NCBI GenBank assembly: GCA_963663275.1
Contig: OY760183.1
Location: 128,001-192,000, forward strand
DNA: 64,000 nucleotides
DNA from: Chloroflexota bacterium
GTDB lineage: Bacteria > Chloroflexota > UBA11872 > VXOZ01
Direction of reading: 5' to 3'
The translations under genes and the position numbers were made by a program. This document shows, piece after piece, positions 40,950 to 50,710 of this stretch (the first letter of the stretch is position 1; every line of letters begins with the position of its first letter). Below the pieces are notes generated by a model. That model saw only the letters and a list, made by a program, of their open reading frames with translations, was not told where the DNA came from and made no database searches.

Positions 40950-41705
40950 TTACTCCGCAGGCGGTTCGCCGTCTTTCAGGCGGGCGTCCCGCGCGCGGCG
41001 GACGTGGAAGAGCAGCAGCGAACCGGCCACGGCGGCGTTGAGGGAGGCCACCTTGCCGGCCATGGGGATGCGCACGCGGTAGTCGCACGCCCGCCGCACC
41101 ACCGGCCGCAGGCCCTTCTCCTCGCTGCCCACCACCACCGCCAGCGGCCAATCGTAGTCCGGCGCGTCATAGGGCGTCTCGCCCTCCGGGTCGAGGCCCA
41201 CCACCCACACGCCGCGTTCCTTGTACCAGGCAAGGGTGCGCGCCAGGTTCGTCACGCCGCAGAGCGCCAGATGCTCCACCGCGCCGCTGGACGCCCGGGC
41301 GACGGCGGCGGTCACGCCCGCGCTGCGGTCTTTGGGCAGCGCCACGCCGTGCACGCCCACGGCTTCCGCCGTGCGCAGCAGCGCGCCGAGATTCTGCGGG
41401 TCTTGCAGGTGGTCCAGCGCCAACAGGAATGGGAGTTGCCCCCGCCGCTCCGCCAGCGACAGGGGATAGTCCAGCGGGCGCAGCGCGCGCTCGGGAAAGC
41501 GCGCGGCGACGTTCTGGTGGCGGCCGCTGCGGCAGAGCGCGCCCAACTCCTGCCGCGTGACCGTTTGCGCCGTCGTTCCGCCCGCCCGCGCCAGCCGGAC
41601 GATTTCACCCATGCCTTTCGCGCCCGCCGCGACCCACAGGGCCTCCGGCACGCGCCCGGCGCGCAACGCCTCCCGTACGGGATGGAAACCGAAGAGCAAT
41701 TCCAC
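40950..41705 (-). CDS. rlmB: 23S rRNA Gm2251 2'-O-methyltransferase (TrmH/SpoU family)
   Basis: G.HPV.EAL, DPQNLGA.LRTA, GSEEKG, IPM.G...SLN. Confidence 0.9.
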   Translation of the reverse strand: MELLFGFHPVREALRAGRVPEALWVAAGAKGMGEIVRLARAGGTTAQTVTRQELGALCRSGRHQNVAARFPERALRPLDYPLSLAERRGQLPFLLALDHLQDPQNLGALLRTAEAVGVHGVALPKDRSAGVTAAVARASSGAVEHLALCGVTNLARTLAWYKERGVWVVGLDPEGETPYDAPDYDWPLAVVVGSEEKGLRPVVRRACDYRVRIPMAGKVASLNAAVAGSLLLFHVRRARDARLKDGEPPAE

Positions 41706-41995
41706 ACGAAAGTCCTTAGGCGTTTCTCATGCTTGCGTCACGGCATAGTATAGAATGAGAGAACGAGCCCGGCTACGCAGGCGCTGTGCCGGGCCTCTTG
41801 CTTGTCACTCTGAACGGAGTGAAGAGTCTCGGCCAGTTACCGGTAGGCCACGTTGTTGCCGGGCGAGAAACCTGGATTCCTCGCTGCGCTCGGAATGACA
41901 GCCGTGCGCGACATAGTGACAGTCGCGCGCGGCATAGTGACGGTCGCGCGCAACACACTAGTGGCATCCGGCCGGGCCGCGCGGAGAGAGACCCG

Positions 41996-42793
41996 ATGAT
42001 CATCGACGTCCACGTGCACATCCGCTCGGAAGCGATGCTCGCCCGCGCGCTGCGCCAGGCGGCGCAACTGGACATGATACTCTGCCTGAACAGCATCAAT
42101 CTGGAGGGCAGCAGTTCGCCCAACTTTCCGTCGCGGCGGTTCGTCTCACGCTGCAACAACCGCACGGCGGCGGTGGCCGCCGCCCACCCGGAGCGCGTCA
42201 TTCCCATGTGGTACCTCAATCCCGCCCACGGCCAATTTGCGGTGGATGAGTTGGAACGGCGGGTTGAGGAACATCGCGGCCCGCAGGGGGTCAAGCTCTG
42301 GACGGCGGTCAAGGCCAACGACCCGCGCGCGGACGGCATCTTCGCGGTCTGCGCCGACCGCCGGCTGCCGGTGCTCCAACACACGTGGCTGGAGGTGACC
42401 GGCAACCTCCCCGGCGAGACCGATCCGTGGGACATGCGCGCCGCCGCCCTACGGCATCCCAACGTGCCCTTCTTCTGGGGGCACGCCAGCGGCGACGTGG
42501 AATACACGGTCAAGCTGGCGGGCGGCCTGCCGAACGTGTATCTGGACATCGGCGGCTGCGAGGCGACCAACGGCTACACGGAGATGCTGGTGAAATACGT
42601 CGGCGCGGAGCACATCGTGCAAGGCAGCGACGGCACCGGCCGCTCTTTCACCTCGCAGTTGGCCAAAGTGTACGCGGCGGACATAGCGCCGGCGGAAAAA
42701 GAGCGGATTCTCTACAAGAACGCCCAGGCCCTCTTCGCGCGGCAGACCTACGGCGATGAGGCTTCCCCTCACCCCCAGGAGACCTTTGCATAA
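41996..42793 (+). CDS. Amidohydrolase_2 family metallohydrolase (paralog of 3920-4711)
   Basis: IIDVHVH, GVKLW, LQHTWL, GSDG.GRSF.SQLAKV; stop codon lies inside the MITE-A TIR. Confidence 0.85.
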   Translation: MIIDVHVHIRSEAMLARALRQAAQLDMILCLNSINLEGSSSPNFPSRRFVSRCNNRTAAVAAAHPERVIPMWYLNPAHGQFAVDELERRVEEHRGPQGVKLWTAVKANDPRADGIFAVCADRRLPVLQHTWLEVTGNLPGETDPWDMRAAALRHPNVPFFWGHASGDVEYTVKLAGGLPNVYLDIGGCEATNGYTEMLVKYVGAEHIVQGSDGTGRSFTSQLAKVYAADIAPAEKERILYKNAQALFARQTYGDEASPHPQETFA

Positions 42794-42918
42794 CCCCTTC
42801 CCCATCGAGGGGGAAGGTTGGGATGGGGGTGCAAAGGATTGAAAACAGGCTATTTTTAGTTGTAAATGCGGTCTGGATTCCGGCTTTCGCCGGAATGACA
42901 GAGTTATGCAAAGGTCTC
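42779..42918. mobile_element. MITE-A (TIR GAGACCTTTGCATAAC), empty at the MITE-B target
   Basis: Perfect 16-bp inverted repeats GAGACCTTTGCATAAC/GTTATGCAAAGGTCTC, flanked by CCCAG on both sides. Confidence 0.8.
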
Positions 42919-42928
42919 CCCAGGGAGA

Positions 42929-43072
42929 AGGGGGCATTTGAATGTCATTCCGAACGAAGCGCAGCGGAGAGAGGAATCTAGGGCGTTGCCTTGCAAGATC
43001 CTCATTCCTAGATTCCTCGCTCCGCTCGGAATGACACGTGAAGTCGGATGTAGTGTGAATACCCTTGTCAGC
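42929..43072. mobile_element. MITE-B copy (left TIR partly deleted)
   Basis: CAGGGAGA|AGGGGGCAT...TACCCTTGTCAGC|CAGCGAGA. Confidence 0.7.
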
Positions 43073-43158
43073 CAGCGAGAGAAGGGTCTGCCCGCTTGAC
43101 GGCGTAGGTGACTAAGACGTAGGGAATTCAATGGTAATTTTGGGCAAGATCGTATTGC

Positions 43159-43218
43159 GCAAGGCATAGTCGTCACATATAACACATAGTCCTCACACGC
43201 AAGGCAGAATCGTCACGC
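43159..43218. repeat. Three 20-bp direct repeats immediately upstream of the ABC ATPase start
   Basis: GCAAGGCATAGTCGTCACAT / ATAACACATAGTCCTCACAC / GCAAGGCAGAATCGTCACGC. Confidence 0.7.
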
Positions 43219-43223
43219 ATTCC

Positions 43224-44138
43224 ATGGCTGAACTCGCGGTTACAACCCACCAATTGCGCAAGGTCTACGGCGGCGCGCCGGCCGTGGCGAGCCTGGATCT
43301 AGCCGTGCCCACCGGCGAGGTCTTCGGCTTCCTGGGCCCGAACGGCGCGGGCAAGAGCACCTGCGTCAAGATGCTGCTGGGCCTGGTCTTCCCCACCAGC
43401 GGCGGCGGCACGCTGCTGGGCGCGCCATTGGGCGAGCGCCGCGTCAAGGCCAGGATCGGTTTCTTGCCGGAGCAGTTCCGCTTCCACGAGTGGTTCACCG
43501 CCCGCGAGTTCCTGGATTTTCACGGCCAACTCTACGGCATGAACGCCCAGCGGCGCGCCCGGCGCATCGGCGACGCACTCGCGCTTGTCAATCTCGAACG
43601 CGCCGCCGGTCAGCAACTGCGCACCTTTTCCAAAGGCATGTTGCAGCGCATCGGCATCGCGCAGGCCGTGCTGCACGATCCGGAGTTGATCTTCCTGGAC
43701 GAACCCACCAGCGCCCTGGATCCCATCGGCCGCCGCCTGGTGCGGGACATCATCCGCCAGCTCAAGGCTGAAAAGAAGACGGTCTTTCTCAATTCGCACC
43801 TGCTCTCCGAGGTGGAGGCGGTGTGCGACCGGGTGGCGATCATCGAGCGAGGCGAGGTGGTGCGCGAGGGCACACTGGACGACCTGCTGGCCGCGCGCCG
43901 CCTGCTGGACGTGCGCGCCCGGGGCGTCGGCGAAGCGCTCCTGGAGCGCGTGAAAGCGCGGTGGTCGCTTGCCGAACACGAGGACGAGCGGCTGACCTTG
44001 GCGCTGTCCGACCCTGCCGAAGTGCCGGAGGTAGTGTCGCTCCTGGCCGCCGGCGGAGCCGCCGTGCACCACGTCGCGCTGCGCCACGAAAGCCTGGAAG
44101 ACCTCTTCGTGCGCACCGTAGACGACACCGGCGCATGA
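43224..44138 (+). CDS. ABC-2 type transporter ATP-binding protein
   Basis: GPNGAGKS, FSKGMLQR, FLDEPTSALDP, NSHLLSE. Confidence 0.92.
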   Translation: MAELAVTTHQLRKVYGGAPAVASLDLAVPTGEVFGFLGPNGAGKSTCVKMLLGLVFPTSGGGTLLGAPLGERRVKARIGFLPEQFRFHEWFTAREFLDFHGQLYGMNAQRRARRIGDALALVNLERAAGQQLRTFSKGMLQRIGIAQAVLHDPELIFLDEPTSALDPIGRRLVRDIIRQLKAEKKTVFLNSHLLSEVEAVCDRVAIIERGEVVREGTLDDLLAARRLLDVRARGVGEALLERVKARWSLAEHEDERLTLALSDPAEVPEVVSLLAAGGAAVHHVALRHESLEDLFVRTVDDTGA

Positions 44139-44168
44139 TTGCAGACAATAGGATATCCCTCTCCTGGG

Positions 44169-44315
44169 GAGACAGGGGTTTGTATTCTATAATCGACTTC
44201 ACGTGTCATTCCGAACGGAGCGCAGCGGAGAGAGGAATCTAGAGATGCTGGCTTTGAAGGGCTGTGCTCTAGATTCCTCTCTCCGCTCGGAATGACACTT
44301 ACATACCCCTGTCAC
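44169..44315. mobile_element. MITE-B copy between the ABC ATPase and permease genes
   Basis: GAGACAGGGGT...TACCCCTGTCAC with TGTCATTCCG REP pair, between CCCTCTCC half-sites. Confidence 0.65.
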
Positions 44316-44585
44316 CCTCTCCCGTGGGAGAGGGCCGGGGTGAGGGGATTCCCATGCTGCCCATTTTCGTCATAGCCAAACTTCACGGCCCACGATAGCT
44401 CGCAGATTGAACTCCCTCTCCCGCGGGAGAGGGCCGGGGTGAGGGGAAACCGATGCTGCCCACATTCGTCACAGCCAAACTTCACGGCCCACGATAGCTC
44501 GCAGATTAAGCTCCCTCTCCCGCGGGAGAGGGCCGGGGTGAGGGGAAACCGATGCTGCCCATATTCGTCATAGCCAAGCTCACGT
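44315..44585. repeat. 99-bp tandem triplication of hairpin + RBS + first codons of the permease gene
   Basis: ATGCTGCCC at 44354, 44453, 44552. Confidence 0.9.
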
Positions 44586-45394
44586 TGCAGGAAGGCGCGC
44601 GCAAGAAAGCGGTGCTGGGCGGCTTGCTGCTCGCCGCCGCGTTCCTCACGCTCTACGGCCTGGGCATGTACTTCGTGATGCGCGACCTGTCGGCGCCGGA
44701 GAACTTCATCAATCCGCGGGTCTTCCGCGACGCCGTATCCGGCCAACTGCTCGCCTCGGCGCTCAACGTGGCCGGCATGTTGACCGCGCTGGTGGCGATC
44801 TTCACCTCGGCCGGCGCCATCGCCACCGAGGTTGAGCAGAACACGCTGCACGCCATCATCCCCAAGCCGCTGGCGCGCTGGCAGGTGCTGGCGGGCAAGT
44901 GCTGCGGCCTGGGCGCGATGTCCGCCGCATTCGCCGTCGGCACCACCCTGGCTTTGCTGGCGCTCACCTGGCTCTTTGCCGGATTCTTCTCGTGGTCCAG
45001 TTGGCAGTCGGCGCTGCTGCTGGGACTGCTGGGGGTGTTGCTTACCTGCGTCACCGTGTGCGCCAGCACCATGCTCTCCACGCTCACCGCGGGCGTGACC
45101 GTCATCATGCTCTACGGCCTGGCGCTGGTGGGCGGCATGGTGGAACAACTGGGCGTGCTGCTGCAGAACCAGGTGATGCAGAACATCGGCATCATCTCCA
45201 GCCTGCTGCTGCCCTCGGACGCGCTGTGGCGCATGGCCGCGCAACGGCTGGGCGTGCAGGAGTTCGCCGGACTGGCCGGCGGCCCGTTCGAGGGCTTCAG
45301 CCAACCCTCGGTGTTCATGCTCGCCTGGGTGCTCCTGTACATCGCCGCGGCCGTGCTGTTGGGCATGGGAGTCTTCGGGCGTAAAGACCTCTAG
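44552..45394 (+). CDS. ABC-2 type transporter permease
   Basis: IA.LTLQE..R, IATEVEQ.TL.....KPL.R...LAGK, 6 TM, F.RKDL end. Confidence 0.9.
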   Translation: MLPIFVIAKLTLQEGARKKAVLGGLLLAAAFLTLYGLGMYFVMRDLSAPENFINPRVFRDAVSGQLLASALNVAGMLTALVAIFTSAGAIATEVEQNTLHAIIPKPLARWQVLAGKCCGLGAMSAAFAVGTTLALLALTWLFAGFFSWSSWQSALLLGLLGVLLTCVTVCASTMLSTLTAGVTVIMLYGLALVGGMVEQLGVLLQNQVMQNIGIISSLLLPSDALWRMAAQRLGVQEFAGLAGGPFEGFSQPSVFMLAWVLLYIAAAVLLGMGVFGRKDL

Positions 45395-45426
45395 GCGCGC
45401 TGCCAGACGCGCGTTCCTTGTTACCC

Positions 45427-45601
45427 CAATGCTGTCGCATTTGGGAGTGGAGAGTAACGAATGTGAGCCTCTGCTCGGCTTGTCACAAGGTGTAGGGGCA
45501 CGACATGTCGTGCCCCTACACCTTGTTGCAGACAGGCCAAGCGCATTAGCAGCGCGGATTCGCCATACTTGCCTGAGTCGGAAGCTAAAGCGGCAGCATT
45601 G
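45427..45601. mobile_element. MITE-C copy
   Basis: CAATGCTGTCGCA...GCGGCAGCATTG, alignable over its length with 21746-21920. Confidence 0.85.
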
Positions 45602-45707
45602 TCCCCCTCACCCCGGCCCTCTCCCCAGGGAGAGGGAGTCACGCAGCCCGGCCCTCTCCCCGGGGAGAGGGAGTTTCTTCGCCCGGCGGCAGTGAAAATC
45701 GCGGCGC

Positions 45708-47042
45708 CTACGCCGGGGAATAGAACCGCCAACTGCCGATTTCGCCCTGGTTGCCCACGTCGTCTTCCAGCAATTCCGCGTAGTTCTCGGCGGCCTTGCG
45801 ATAAGCGGCGGCGTACTCTTCGATAATCTGCGGCCGGAACTTCTTGAACCACGGGATGCTGAACGCCCGGCCGCCGATGCTCTCGCTGGCCGGCAGGCTG
45901 CCGCGCGGCTGGCGCACGTCCCGGTTGCTATTGGCGATCACGGTCGGCTTGCCGTGGCCGTAGACGTCGGCCTCGTGGAAGAGCGGGTGCAGGTGCAGGG
46001 GATTATTGGTGCCCGGCCCGCAGCGCGCGCCCTCGGCGGAAACGGCCTGGGCAAAGCGCGAAATCGAGAGACCGCCGACTTCCTCCGGTCGATACAGGCC
46101 GCGCGCCGCGTACCAGCCGCCCATGGTGCTGCCGGAGTCTTTGGCCGGTCGATGCGCCGCGATGCCCGGCGCGCCTTCCAGCAGATCCCAGAAGTAGTTC
46201 ATGGCCTGCTGGATTTCCGCCACGTAGCCGTCGTAGTACTTCAGCGTCACTCGTCCCATGGCGGAACTCAACTGGTTCACGCGGAACTTGTAGCCGCCCA
46301 GGGGCAGTCCCGCCCAGGGCTTGAGGTACTCGGTCTCGATGTTTTCCGCGGAATACATGTCGTAGTGTCCAAAGGCGATGGCGCGGTCGTAGATTTCGCG
46401 GTCGTTGGTGGTCAGGATACCCGCCTCGCCGGTGGCGAAGGACTTGCCGCTCATGAGCGACATTGCGCCCACGTCGCCAATCGCGCCCACCGTGCGGCCC
46501 TTGTAGCGCCCGCCGTGGGCGTGGGAAACGTCCTCGATCACCTTGACGTTGTGCCTGGCGGCGATCTCCAGGATGGGGTCCATGTCGGCGGGATGGCCGC
46601 AGTAGTGCACGGGCACGATGGCCTTGGTGCGCTCGGTGATGCGGTGCTCGATGTCGTTGGGATCGATGCAGAGCGTATCCGGGTCGATGTCGGCAAAGAC
46701 GACGGTCGCGCCCAAAGACAAGGCCGGCAGGCAGGAGGCCCAATAGGTCACGCTGGGAGAGATGATTTCGTCGCCCACGCCCACGCCGCAGCCGTACATG
46801 GCGGCGCGCAGGGCCTCGGTGCCCGTGTTCGCGCCCAAGGCGTAGGTCGTGCCGACCCAATCGGCGTACTCTTTCTCGAACTGCCGGGTCACGTCCGTGC
46901 CGGACATGCCGCCCCGGCGCAGCACTTCCAGCACGGCTTCTTCGTGCTCGGGCGTGACGATGGGCCAGTTGAAGATGTCGCCGGGCGCGCTCCGCACCGA
47001 CTTGGGGCCGCCCAGCAACGCCAGCTTCGACTTGACTTGCAT
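45708..47042 (-). CDS. DegT/DnrJ/EryC1/StrS PLP-dependent aminotransferase
   Basis: TGTEAL, VHYCG, IEDVSHAHG, SLMSGKSFATGEAG. Confidence 0.9.
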   Translation of the reverse strand: MQVKSKLALLGGPKSVRSAPGDIFNWPIVTPEHEEAVLEVLRRGGMSGTDVTRQFEKEYADWVGTTYALGANTGTEALRAAMYGCGVGVGDEIISPSVTYWASCLPALSLGATVVFADIDPDTLCIDPNDIEHRITERTKAIVPVHYCGHPADMDPILEIAARHNVKVIEDVSHAHGGRYKGRTVGAIGDVGAMSLMSGKSFATGEAGILTTNDREIYDRAIAFGHYDMYSAENIETEYLKPWAGLPLGGYKFRVNQLSSAMGRVTLKYYDGYVAEIQQAMNYFWDLLEGAPGIAAHRPAKDSGSTMGGWYAARGLYRPEEVGGLSISRFAQAVSAEGARCGPGTNNPLHLHPLFHEADVYGHGKPTVIANSNRDVRQPRGSLPASESIGGRAFSIPWFKKFRPQIIEEYAAAYRKAAENYAELLEDDVGNQGEIGSWRFYSPA

Positions 47043-47238
47043 ACCGTCGTTTCCTTTCCTCATTTCCGACAGACGGGGTGAAATTGGGATGCGCTTACAC
47101 GGTAGGATAGCACGAAACCCTGGGGGCTGGCATTCCTGGCCGCGCGCCAGCGCGCCCGGCGCGACTGCACTATACTGGCATTGGAGCCTTACGATTTTTT
47201 TCAGTCCGGCCTTGCCAGGAGCGACGCATGTCAGCGGC

Positions 47239-47471
47239 GTAGGGGCACGATATATCGTGCCCCTACGCTAACGGAGAATAACCCAGGGCGCCGCGCTAGA
47301 GTGAAGCGTGTTCGCCAGAATGCTTCTGGGTGAATTGTCGCGCCGGTGTAGGGGCACGACTAACGGAGAATAGACCCAGGGCGCCGGGTAAGAGTGAAGC
47401 GTGTTCGCCGGAGTGCCTTTGGGTGAATTGTCGCGCCGGTGTAGGGGCACGACATGTCGTGCCCCTACACC
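47239..47471. repeat. GTAGGGGCACGAC REPs separated by a duplicated ~80-bp linker
   Basis: REP starts at 47239, 47348 (half copy), 47441; CTAACGGAGAATA...GGGTGAATTGTCGCGCCGGT occurs twice. Confidence 0.85.
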
Positions 47472-47535
47472 GGCGGGCAGAGCGGTCTATGCTGTTGGCG
47501 GCGCCCGCCTGCCGTCATCGAGGAGAGGCGAATCC

Positions 47536-48117
47536 ATGCCGGTCTTGAGCGACCGCACGATTTCCGCGTACATCGCGGACGGACGCCTGCGCATCGAGCC
47601 GTTCGATCCAGCGCACGTGCAGCCCTCCAGCGTGGATCTGCGTCTGGGCCGGCACTTCCGCGTCTTCGAGCACAGCCGCTACACGCACATCGACGTGCGC
47701 GCGCCGCAGCCGGACCTGACGCAGGAAATCGCGGTGGCGGAAGATGAGCCGTTCGTGCTCCATCCGGGCGAGTTTGCCCTGGGCACGACCCTGGAGCGGG
47801 TGGGCCTGCCCGACAACCTGGTGGGACGGCTGGAGGGCAAGAGTTCGCTGGGACGCCTGGGTCTGATCATCCACTCGACGGCGGGCTACGTCGACCCCGG
47901 CTTCAGCGGCACGATTACGCTGGAGCTTTCCAACGTGGCCAAACTGCCGATACCGCTCTACCCGGGCATGTTCATCGGCCAGATTTCCTTTCTCACGCTC
48001 ACGACGCCGGTAGACCGCCCCTACGGCTTCCCCGGCCTGGGCAGCCGCTACCAGGGCCAGGAGAAGCCCACTGAGAGCAAGGTGCACCTGGACTTCGACC
48101 GGCGCGCGGGTGGATGA
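47536..48117 (+). CDS. dcd: dCTP deaminase
   Basis: QPSSVDLRL, LHPGEF, EGKSSLGRLG, AGYVDPGF, YQGQ. Confidence 0.95.
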   Translation: MPVLSDRTISAYIADGRLRIEPFDPAHVQPSSVDLRLGRHFRVFEHSRYTHIDVRAPQPDLTQEIAVAEDEPFVLHPGEFALGTTLERVGLPDNLVGRLEGKSSLGRLGLIIHSTAGYVDPGFSGTITLELSNVAKLPIPLYPGMFIGQISFLTLTTPVDRPYGFPGLGSRYQGQEKPTESKVHLDFDRRAGG

Positions 48118-48231
48118 GGCGGCGGGTAGTGTACGGCGGCGCGCGGCGGGGCACTTGTCAGCGCGGCGTACGGTGTACTACATTAGATGCGTGTGTGTCA
48201 CGCGGCGCGTTCGGTAGCGGGGAGGCTGTAC

Positions 48232-48636
48232 ATGAAGCGAGGTCGCGGTTCGAGAGCCCACGCGCTGCTGCTGTGTCTGGCGGCGGCCGCGCTGCTGGGC
48301 GCGTGCATACCCTTCCTGGGCGATGAAAACGGCGCGGATACGCCGCCCACGCCCACGCCAACCATCATGATCATCCGGCCCAGCCCCACCGCGGTGGTGG
48401 AGCCGACGGCGCCGCCGGCTGAAGGGACAACGTACGTGGTGAAATCGGGGGACACCCTGAGCGGAATCGCGAGCCAGTTTCCCGGCGTGACGTATCTGGA
48501 CATCGCCAACGCCAACAACCTCGAGGACCCCTATCCCCTGCAAGTCGGCCAAGAACTAATCATCCCGCCGCCGCCAAGCCAGGAAGCCCCGCCAACCCCG
48601 GCGGGCACCTCCGTGGTGAACACGCCTGCGCCGTAG
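48232..48636 (+). CDS. LysM domain lipoprotein
   Basis: Lipobox LGAC, Pro/Thr linker, YVVKSGDTLSGIA...IANANNL...LQVGQELIIP; RBS GGAGG. Confidence 0.88.
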   Translation: MKRGRGSRAHALLLCLAAAALLGACIPFLGDENGADTPPTPTPTIMIIRPSPTAVVEPTAPPAEGTTYVVKSGDTLSGIASQFPGVTYLDIANANNLEDPYPLQVGQELIIPPPPSQEAPPTPAGTSVVNTPAP

Positions 48637-48724
48637 GGCCGGGCAGTATTGCCGGTCTCGTTTGGCTGATAGGCGACATCTCCGCAGCGCAGACGCCTTC
48701 CCCCAAGGTGGCGCGGCATCAGTC

Positions 48725-49250
48725 CCACGCGGACAGGCCCGCGCGCTACGGTTTACCGGTAGGGGCAGGCCTCGTGCCTGCCCTAATCGCGAGACGGCAG
48801 TCATACCCACGCTCGCGCAGGTTACAAACCTGCGCTACCGGAGGGGGGCAAGCCCCAATGTTGAGCCATAGAGCGTACGAGCACTGTACTACCCGTTCGT
48901 GCTGAGCCTGTCGAAGTATGAACGGGTAGTACAGCGCGCCGCAACCGACCCGCCGTTCACCTTTCGACAGGCTCAAGGCGAACGGCGGGTTGGAGGATCA
49001 TCCTCTTTTGAAGAATTGAAGAGACAGCGGTCTGCGCTACCGGAAGGGGCGTTGCGCTACGGGAGACGACATCGCGCCGCCGGAGGCGGGGGACAAGCCC
49101 CCGCGCTACGGCTTACCGGTAGGGGCAGGCCTTGTGCCTGCCCTAGTCGCGAGACGGCAGTCATGCCCTCGCTCGCGCAGGTTGCAAACCTACGCTACCG
49201 GAGGGGGCGTCGCGCCGCCGGAGGCGGGGGACAAGCCCCCGCGCTACGTC
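48725..49250. repeat. REP mosaic: two ~120-bp direct repeats flanking a truncated MITE-C (from 48856)
   Basis: GCTACGG.TTACCGGTAGGGGCAGGCC...AAACCT.CGCTACCGGAGGGGG occurs twice; GGGGCAAGCCC|CAATGTTG. Confidence 0.8.
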
Positions 49251-49299
49251 AAGGGGACGTGAATAGGGGCGGTCCTAAGCCGCCGGGTCCGAGGGCGGA

Positions 49300-50571
49300 T
49301 TAGAGGGGCCGCGTCGCGCCGTCGCCGTAGACGATCCACTTGTAGGTGGTCATCTCGTGCAGGGCCATGGGGCCGCGGGCGTGGAGTTTCTGGGTGCTGA
49401 TGCCCACCTCCGCGCCGAGACCGAACTGCGCGCCGTCGGTGAACTGGGTCGAAGCGTTCCAGTAGACCGCGGCCGCGTCCACCTCGCGCATGAAGCGTTG
49501 TCCGGTGGTGTAGTCCTGGGTCACGATCGCTTCCGAGTGGCCGGACGTGTAGGTATGCAGGTGTTCCATGGCGGCGTCGAAGTCGTCCACCACCTTCACC
49601 GCCATGGTCAGCGCCAGGAACTCCGTGCCCCAGTCGTCGTCCGTGGCCGGCAGCACGTGGAGCGACTCGCCCAGGATGGCCTGGGTGCGCGGGCAGCCGT
49701 GAATCTCCACCCCGGCCGCCGCCATGTCCGCAAAGACGGCCGGCAGGAAATCCGGCGCGGCGTCCGCGTGCACCAGCAGCGTATCCAGGGCGTTGCAGAT
49801 CGAATAGCGCCGTGTCTTGGCGTTCACCACGATGCGCTGGGCTTTTTCCAGGTCGGCGAGGGCGTCCACGTAGGTATGGCAGACGCCGGCCCCGGTCTCG
49901 ATCACCGGCACGGTGGCGTTTTCCACCACGAAGTTGATCAGGCCGGCGCCGCCGCGTGGAATCACCAGGTCGATCTCGCCTTTGGCCCGCAACATGCGGT
50001 GCACCAGTTCGCGGTCGGTATCCTCGATCAGTTGCACCCAGTGGGGCGGCGCGCCGGCTTCCACCCCGGCGTCGTGGATCACCCGCGCCAGGGCGATGTT
50101 GGAGTGAATCGCCTCGGAACCGCCGCGCAGCACCACGGCGTTGCCGGACTTGAAGCAGAGGCAGGCGATGTCCGCCGTCACGTTGGGCCGCGACTCGTAG
50201 ATCGCGCCCACCACGCCAAAGGGCACGCGGATGCGCCCCACCGTAATGCCGCTTTCCACCGTGCGCATCTCGCTCACCGCGCCCACCGGGTCTTCCAGCA
50301 AAGCCACCTTGCGCACGTCGCCGGCGATACCGGCCAGGACCTTTGGCGTAAGCGTCAGCCGGTCGATCGTATAGGGATCGAGCCCGTTCTGAGTGGCGGC
50401 GTTAACGTCTTTGGCGTTTTCCGCCACCAGGTACTCGGCCTCCGCTTCCAGGGCGGCGGCCACCGCCTGGAGCACGGTATTCTTGGCTTTGGTGGAAAGC
50501 TGGGCCACGGCGCGCGCGCCGACGCGCGCCTGGGGCAGCTTTTCCGTCAACACGTCAAGGGCAACACTCAT
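49300..50571 (-). CDS. proA: Gamma-glutamyl phosphate reductase
   Basis: IYESRPNVT, PRGG, SICNALDT, SGHSEAI, GAEVGISTQKLHARGP. Confidence 0.96.
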   Translation of the reverse strand: MSVALDVLTEKLPQARVGARAVAQLSTKAKNTVLQAVAAALEAEAEYLVAENAKDVNAATQNGLDPYTIDRLTLTPKVLAGIAGDVRKVALLEDPVGAVSEMRTVESGITVGRIRVPFGVVGAIYESRPNVTADIACLCFKSGNAVVLRGGSEAIHSNIALARVIHDAGVEAGAPPHWVQLIEDTDRELVHRMLRAKGEIDLVIPRGGAGLINFVVENATVPVIETGAGVCHTYVDALADLEKAQRIVVNAKTRRYSICNALDTLLVHADAAPDFLPAVFADMAAAGVEIHGCPRTQAILGESLHVLPATDDDWGTEFLALTMAVKVVDDFDAAMEHLHTYTSGHSEAIVTQDYTTGQRFMREVDAAAVYWNASTQFTDGAQFGLGAEVGISTQKLHARGPMALHEMTTYKWIVYGDGATRPL

Positions 50572-50710
50572 CTTCGCATACTCCACCATGCTGGCTGGGA
50601 AACGTGGTATGCTCGTACCACGTTTGGGCAGTTTTCGCGGGCCGGCTCGCGCGGCTGCTCGAGCCTATAGTCTTAGTATAGTTTCCTGAACCGAATATCT
50701 GCAAAGCGCC

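Noticed and set aside
19425-50571. proB and proA unlinked by ~29 kb
   Set aside because: Separation of proB and proA is common in bacteria
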